64,000 nt of DNA from Vulcanimicrobiota bacterium. Its GTDB lineage: Bacteria > Vulcanimicrobiota > Vulcanimicrobiia > Vulcanimicrobiales > Vulcanimicrobiaceae. Below, one piece after another: positions 60,732 to 64,000 of the stretch (the first letter of the stretch is position 1; each line of letters starts with the position of its first letter). The DNA lies in NCBI GenBank assembly GCA_963809255.1, contig CAWEIR010000003.1:759049-823048 (forward strand). Reading direction: 5' to 3'. The notes beneath the pieces were generated by a model. The model was not told where the DNA came from. It was given only the letters and a program-made list of their open reading frames with translations, and did not search any database. Position numbers and translations under genes: made by a program.

Positions 60732-61339
60732 CGCGTGCGGCGCGGGTCGAACTCTTGCATGGAATCTACCCGATTCTCAACGAGGGAGCGCGGACGCTCG
60801 AGCTCGCGCGCGCGGTTCTCGATGCGGGAGTTCGCATCGTTCAGTACCGTGCGAAGAACGGAATCCGCTCAGAGTGCGTGCGCGCGTTGCGCGGGCTCAC
60901 CCGAGAACGCGATGCGCTCTTGATACTCAACGACGACTGGCGGGCGGCGCTTGCATACGACTGTGACGGCGTTCATCTCGGACCGGACGACGACGGATTC
61001 GCAGCAGTGGCGGCGGTCCGTAACGCAACGCAGGAGTGCCTGATCGGTCTCTCGTGCGGTACCGCAAGCGAGGTACGCGACGCCGGCGACGGCGACGTCG
61101 ATTATCTGGGAATCGGCCCAGTTTTCGAGACGGCCTCGAAATCGGACGCCGGGCCGCCGCTGGGCATCGACGGCCTGCGCAGCCTCGCGAGTCAAACGCT
61201 GCTCCCGGTGGCGGCAATCGGGGGGATCACCGTCGCTCGCCTTGACGAGATACGGCGCAGCGGCGTCGCTATGGCGGCCGTTATTTCGGCCGTGACCGAA
61301 ACCCAGCGGCTCGTTTCGCGGTGGGGCACCGCCGGCTAA
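60704..61339 (+). CDS. thiE: thiamine-phosphate synthase
   Basis: Motifs LHGIYPILN, VQYRAKN, GVHLGPDD, DYLGIGPVF and AIGGI. The start is either ATG 60704 or GTG 60728 (GTGA with the small ORF). Confidence 0.88.
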   Translation: MATHAPARVTRAARVELLHGIYPILNEGARTLELARAVLDAGVRIVQYRAKNGIRSECVRALRGLTRERDALLILNDDWRAALAYDCDGVHLGPDDDGFAAVAAVRNATQECLIGLSCGTASEVRDAGDGDVDYLGIGPVFETASKSDAGPPLGIDGLRSLASQTLLPVAAIGGITVARLDEIRRSGVAMAAVISAVTETQRLVSRWGTAG

Positions 61340-61353
61340 GCCGGCCACCGCCA

Positions 61354-62085
61354 ATGGCTGTCATCGTTCTCTCGATCGGCACGACTCATCCGTGGAACGT
61401 CGCGGGCGTGGGACGCGATCTCGTCGTTGGTTGCGCCAGGGAATGCCGGGTCTTCACCGCCGTGGCGGCGGTCAGCGCGCAAGACTCAACCGGCGTGATC
61501 GCGCTGGGTCCCGTCGAGCAGGAACTCTTCGAGGCTCAGCTCTCCGCATTGCCGTGGGAGAGCGCTGGTGCCGTTCGCGTCGGGGCGCTCCCAACGGCAG
61601 CCGCCGTCCGCGCCGTCGCGGCGGTCCTGCAGGCACGTCTCTGGCTGCCGGCCGTCGTCGATCCGGTGTTTGCAGCCAGTCGCGGCGGCGAACTCTCCGT
61701 TCGGGCGGCGCGCGACGCGCTTGAAGCGGAGTTGGCAACGCTCTCGAGCGTCATTTTGACGCCGAACCTGCGCGAAGCCGCCGCATTGCTGAATGAAGAC
61801 GCGATCGAGCGAAGCAATCTCGGCGAAGCGGCAACTCGACTGCGTGCGCGCGGGGCCGGCGCCGTGCTGCTGACGGGAGGGCACATCGAGGGCGACCCGG
61901 CCGATGCTCTTGCCACGAAAGACGGCGTAGAAATTTTCAGCGAGCCGAGGATAGCCGGAGCGATGCACGGCACGGGCTGTACGTTAGCGATGGCGCTCGC
62001 CTGCGAGCTAGCCTCGGGCACGCCGCTTCGGGAAGCGGTGCGCTCGGCGCGCGCCTTCGTTCGTGCGGAAATCGCAAGGCATTGA
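61354..62085 (+). CDS. thiD: hydroxymethylpyrimidine/phosphomethylpyrimidine kinase
   Basis: Motifs VLSIGTTHPWNVAGVGRDL, ILTPNLREAAALL, LLTGGH and HGTGCTLAMALA. Confidence 0.85.
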   Translation: MAVIVLSIGTTHPWNVAGVGRDLVVGCARECRVFTAVAAVSAQDSTGVIALGPVEQELFEAQLSALPWESAGAVRVGALPTAAAVRAVAAVLQARLWLPAVVDPVFAASRGGELSVRAARDALEAELATLSSVILTPNLREAAALLNEDAIERSNLGEAATRLRARGAGAVLLTGGHIEGDPADALATKDGVEIFSEPRIAGAMHGTGCTLAMALACELASGTPLREAVRSARAFVRAEIARH

Positions 62086-63110
62086 CGACTCCACGTAACA
62101 TTGACGCGCGGATGAGCTTGACCAAACGGCGCGTGATGTCGGGCATGCGGCCAACCGGCGAACTTCACCTCGGGCACCTCGTCGGCGTGCTGACGCAGTG
62201 GGAGACGTATAGTGAGAACGACGACGCGTTCTTTGAGATTGCCGACCTGCACGCGTATACGACCGAGTTTGCAGATCCCTCGATGGTGCGTGACGCGCGT
62301 GAAGCGATGGTGGCGGTCTGGTTGGCGGCCGGAGTCAACCCACAGCGTTCCACGATTTTTCTGCAGTCGGGGGTCCCGGAGATCGCCGAACTGCAAGCGC
62401 TGCTTTCCATGATAACTCCCGTCTCATGGCTCGAGCGCGTGCCGACCTACAAAAGTCAAATCGAGGCGCTCGGCGCGAACATCGCGACCTACGGATTTCT
62501 CGGCTATCCGTTGCTGCAGCTCTGCGATATCGCGGTCGTGCGCGGCCAGTACGTGCCGGTCGGGCGCGATCAAGTCGCGCACTTAGAACTTGGGCGCGAG
62601 ATCGTCCGCCGCTTCAACCACCTCTACGGCGAGGGGCGCGAAATTCTCATCGAGCCGCAACCGACGCTCTCGGAGTTTCCCGAGGTTCCGGGTATCGACG
62701 GCCGCAAGATGAGCAAATCGTACGGCAACGCCATTCTTATCTCCGACGACGAAGATACGACCACGAAGAAGGTGCGAGCGATGATCACCGATCCGCTCAA
62801 GGTCCGCCGCGGCGATCCCGGACGCCCGGAGATTTGTCCGGTCTTCGCCCTCTGGCGGTTCGTCAATCCGCTGCGGCTCGACGCGATCGCACTGGAGTGC
62901 CGTTCGGGAGCGCTGGGCTGCGTGCAAGATAAGAACGACTTCGCCGAGCAGCTCAACGCCTATCTGCGCCCCGTACGGGAGCGCTACGCGCAATACTGCG
63001 GTGATCCGGAAACGGTGCGGCGCATCATCGCCGAAGGCACGGCCGCAACGCGAGAGATCGCCGCCGCGACGCTGCGCGACGTCAAGCACGCGATGCGGCT
63101 TATTCCTTGA
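62082..63110 (+). CDS. trpS: tryptophan--tRNA ligase
   Basis: Class I motifs GELHLGHLVG and KMSKSYGN. TTG 62082 overlaps the thiD stop (TTGA). ATG 62112 is an alternative start. Confidence 0.93.
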   Translation: MTTPRNIDARMSLTKRRVMSGMRPTGELHLGHLVGVLTQWETYSENDDAFFEIADLHAYTTEFADPSMVRDAREAMVAVWLAAGVNPQRSTIFLQSGVPEIAELQALLSMITPVSWLERVPTYKSQIEALGANIATYGFLGYPLLQLCDIAVVRGQYVPVGRDQVAHLELGREIVRRFNHLYGEGREILIEPQPTLSEFPEVPGIDGRKMSKSYGNAILISDDEDTTTKKVRAMITDPLKVRRGDPGRPEICPVFALWRFVNPLRLDAIALECRSGALGCVQDKNDFAEQLNAYLRPVRERYAQYCGDPETVRRIIAEGTAATREIAAATLRDVKHAMRLIP

Positions 63111-64000
63111 ACTTCGGAATCGTCTTCGCGATGGAATCCAATGCCCAGTCGATGTCTTCCAGCGAGGCCGCATAGGAAAAGCGCAGATAGCCCTTGCCGG
63201 CGGCTCCGAACGACGAACCGCCGCCGCACGCCACGCCGCCCTCCTCCAAAAGAAACTTCGCCAGCGCGCGATCGTCCTGCGTAATCGCGGTGACGTTGGG
63301 GAACGCGTAGAACGCGCCTTCGGGAAGCAGACATGAGATGCCCGAAATATCGTTGAGTCCTTCGACGAGTCGATCCCGGCGCTGACGAAAGATCTCGTTC
63401 ATGCGCAGCACGGGTTCGTCGGGACCGGTCAGCGCGGCGATGCCGGCCATCTGCACGAACGTCGCCACGCAACTGAACGTGTTGTTGTTGAAGAGCGTGA
63501 CCGTTTTGGCCAGCCGCTCGGGCAAGATTGCGTAACCCAGACGCCAGCCGGTCATCGCGTAGGCCTTCGAAAAACCGTCGACGACGATCGTGCGCTCCCG
63601 CATTCCGGGGAGCGACGCGATCGACAGATACTCGGCATCCAAGTAGAAGTTCCGGCTGTAGATTTCGTCGGCGAGAACGAGGAAATCGTAGCGCTCGGCC
63701 AGTTCGGCGATGAACTCCAAGTCGCTCTTGGTCAGGACGCCCCCCGTTGGATTATGGGGCGAGTTGATGACGATCACTTTGGTTTTCTCAGAGACGATGC
63801 GTGCCAGCTCGTCGAGATCCATCCGCCAGTTGCGCGACTCCCGAAGCGGAATGGCATGGACGTTCGCCTGCAGATACGTTGCGCAGGATGCGTAGGCCGG
63901 ATAGGCGGGGTCGAAATAAATGAAATCGTCGCCCGGATCGAGCAGCGCGCTCAAGGTATTCCAAATGATTGGCTTTGCGCCCGGGCTAACGACGACGTTT
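63100..64000 (-). CDS. pyridoxal-phosphate-dependent aminotransferase, class I/II (AspC-like); N-terminal end off window
   Basis: Motifs NSPHNPTGG and PLP Lys motif DGFSKAYAMTGWRLGY. The frame stays open to position 64000 (...NVVVSPGAKPIIWNTLSALLDPGDD). Overlaps the trpS 3' end by 11 nt (convergent). Confidence 0.9.
   Translation of the reverse strand, partial: NVVVSPGAKPIIWNTLSALLDPGDDFIYFDPAYPAYASCATYLQANVHAIPLRESRNWRMDLDELARIVSEKTKVIVINSPHNPTGGVLTKSDLEFIAELAERYDFLVLADEIYSRNFYLDAEYLSIASLPGMRERTIVVDGFSKAYAMTGWRLGYAILPERLAKTVTLFNNNTFSCVATFVQMAGIAALTGPDEPVLRMNEIFRQRRDRLVEGLNDISGISCLLPEGAFYAFPNVTAITQDDRALAKFLLEEGGVACGGGSSFGAAGKGYLRFSYAASLEDIDWALDSIAKTIPKFKE

Overview
High-GC (~63-65%), very compact bacterial chromosomal window made almost entirely of housekeeping genes in long co-directional arrays, with many 1-8 nt start/stop overlaps. 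On the minus strand, 1-24 kb runs glyA -> dCMP deaminase -> wecA/wecB -> atpZ/atpI -> complete F1Fo atp operon -> murA -> mreB -> tsaC -> OstA/LptA-like -> rarA -> cysteine desulfurase -> DUF948/YtxH -> RsbV/RsbW/SigB-type module -> alaS. On the plus strand, 24-30.4 kb is a peptide/D-amino-acid salvage-like operon plus a uracil-DNA glycosylase. On the minus strand, 30.3-50.4 kb holds aspS, an ADP-heptose/GT9/GT2/LpxB-like envelope glycan cluster, accB, hisS, purH, smc, rnc and fabF. On the plus strand, 50.6-63.1 kb is the origin-proximal set rpmH-rnpA-yidD-yidC-jag-mnmE-(hdeD-like)-mnmG-rsmG-cca-parA-parB, then thiE-thiD-trpS. I found no rRNA, tRNA, CRISPR, transposase, integrase or recognisable defence genes. 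Three things are unusual. (1) A family of 145-163 nt structured imperfect palindromes fills the only large spacers of the 24-kb minus-strand array (sigB|alaS, atpG|atpD, atpH|atpA). Two copies share a 93-nt core (85/93 identical), while their outer stems are unrelated in sequence but each stays self-complementary. (2) Five essential or conserved genes (alaS, atpD, wecB, aspS, hisS) each carry a single-base insertion frameshift, four of them at a GTYGAAC site that restores GTYRAC when one A is removed. (3) parA has no canonical start codon upstream of its Walker A motif. No self-contained novel multi-gene system is evident; the repeat family is the best candidate for something undescribed.
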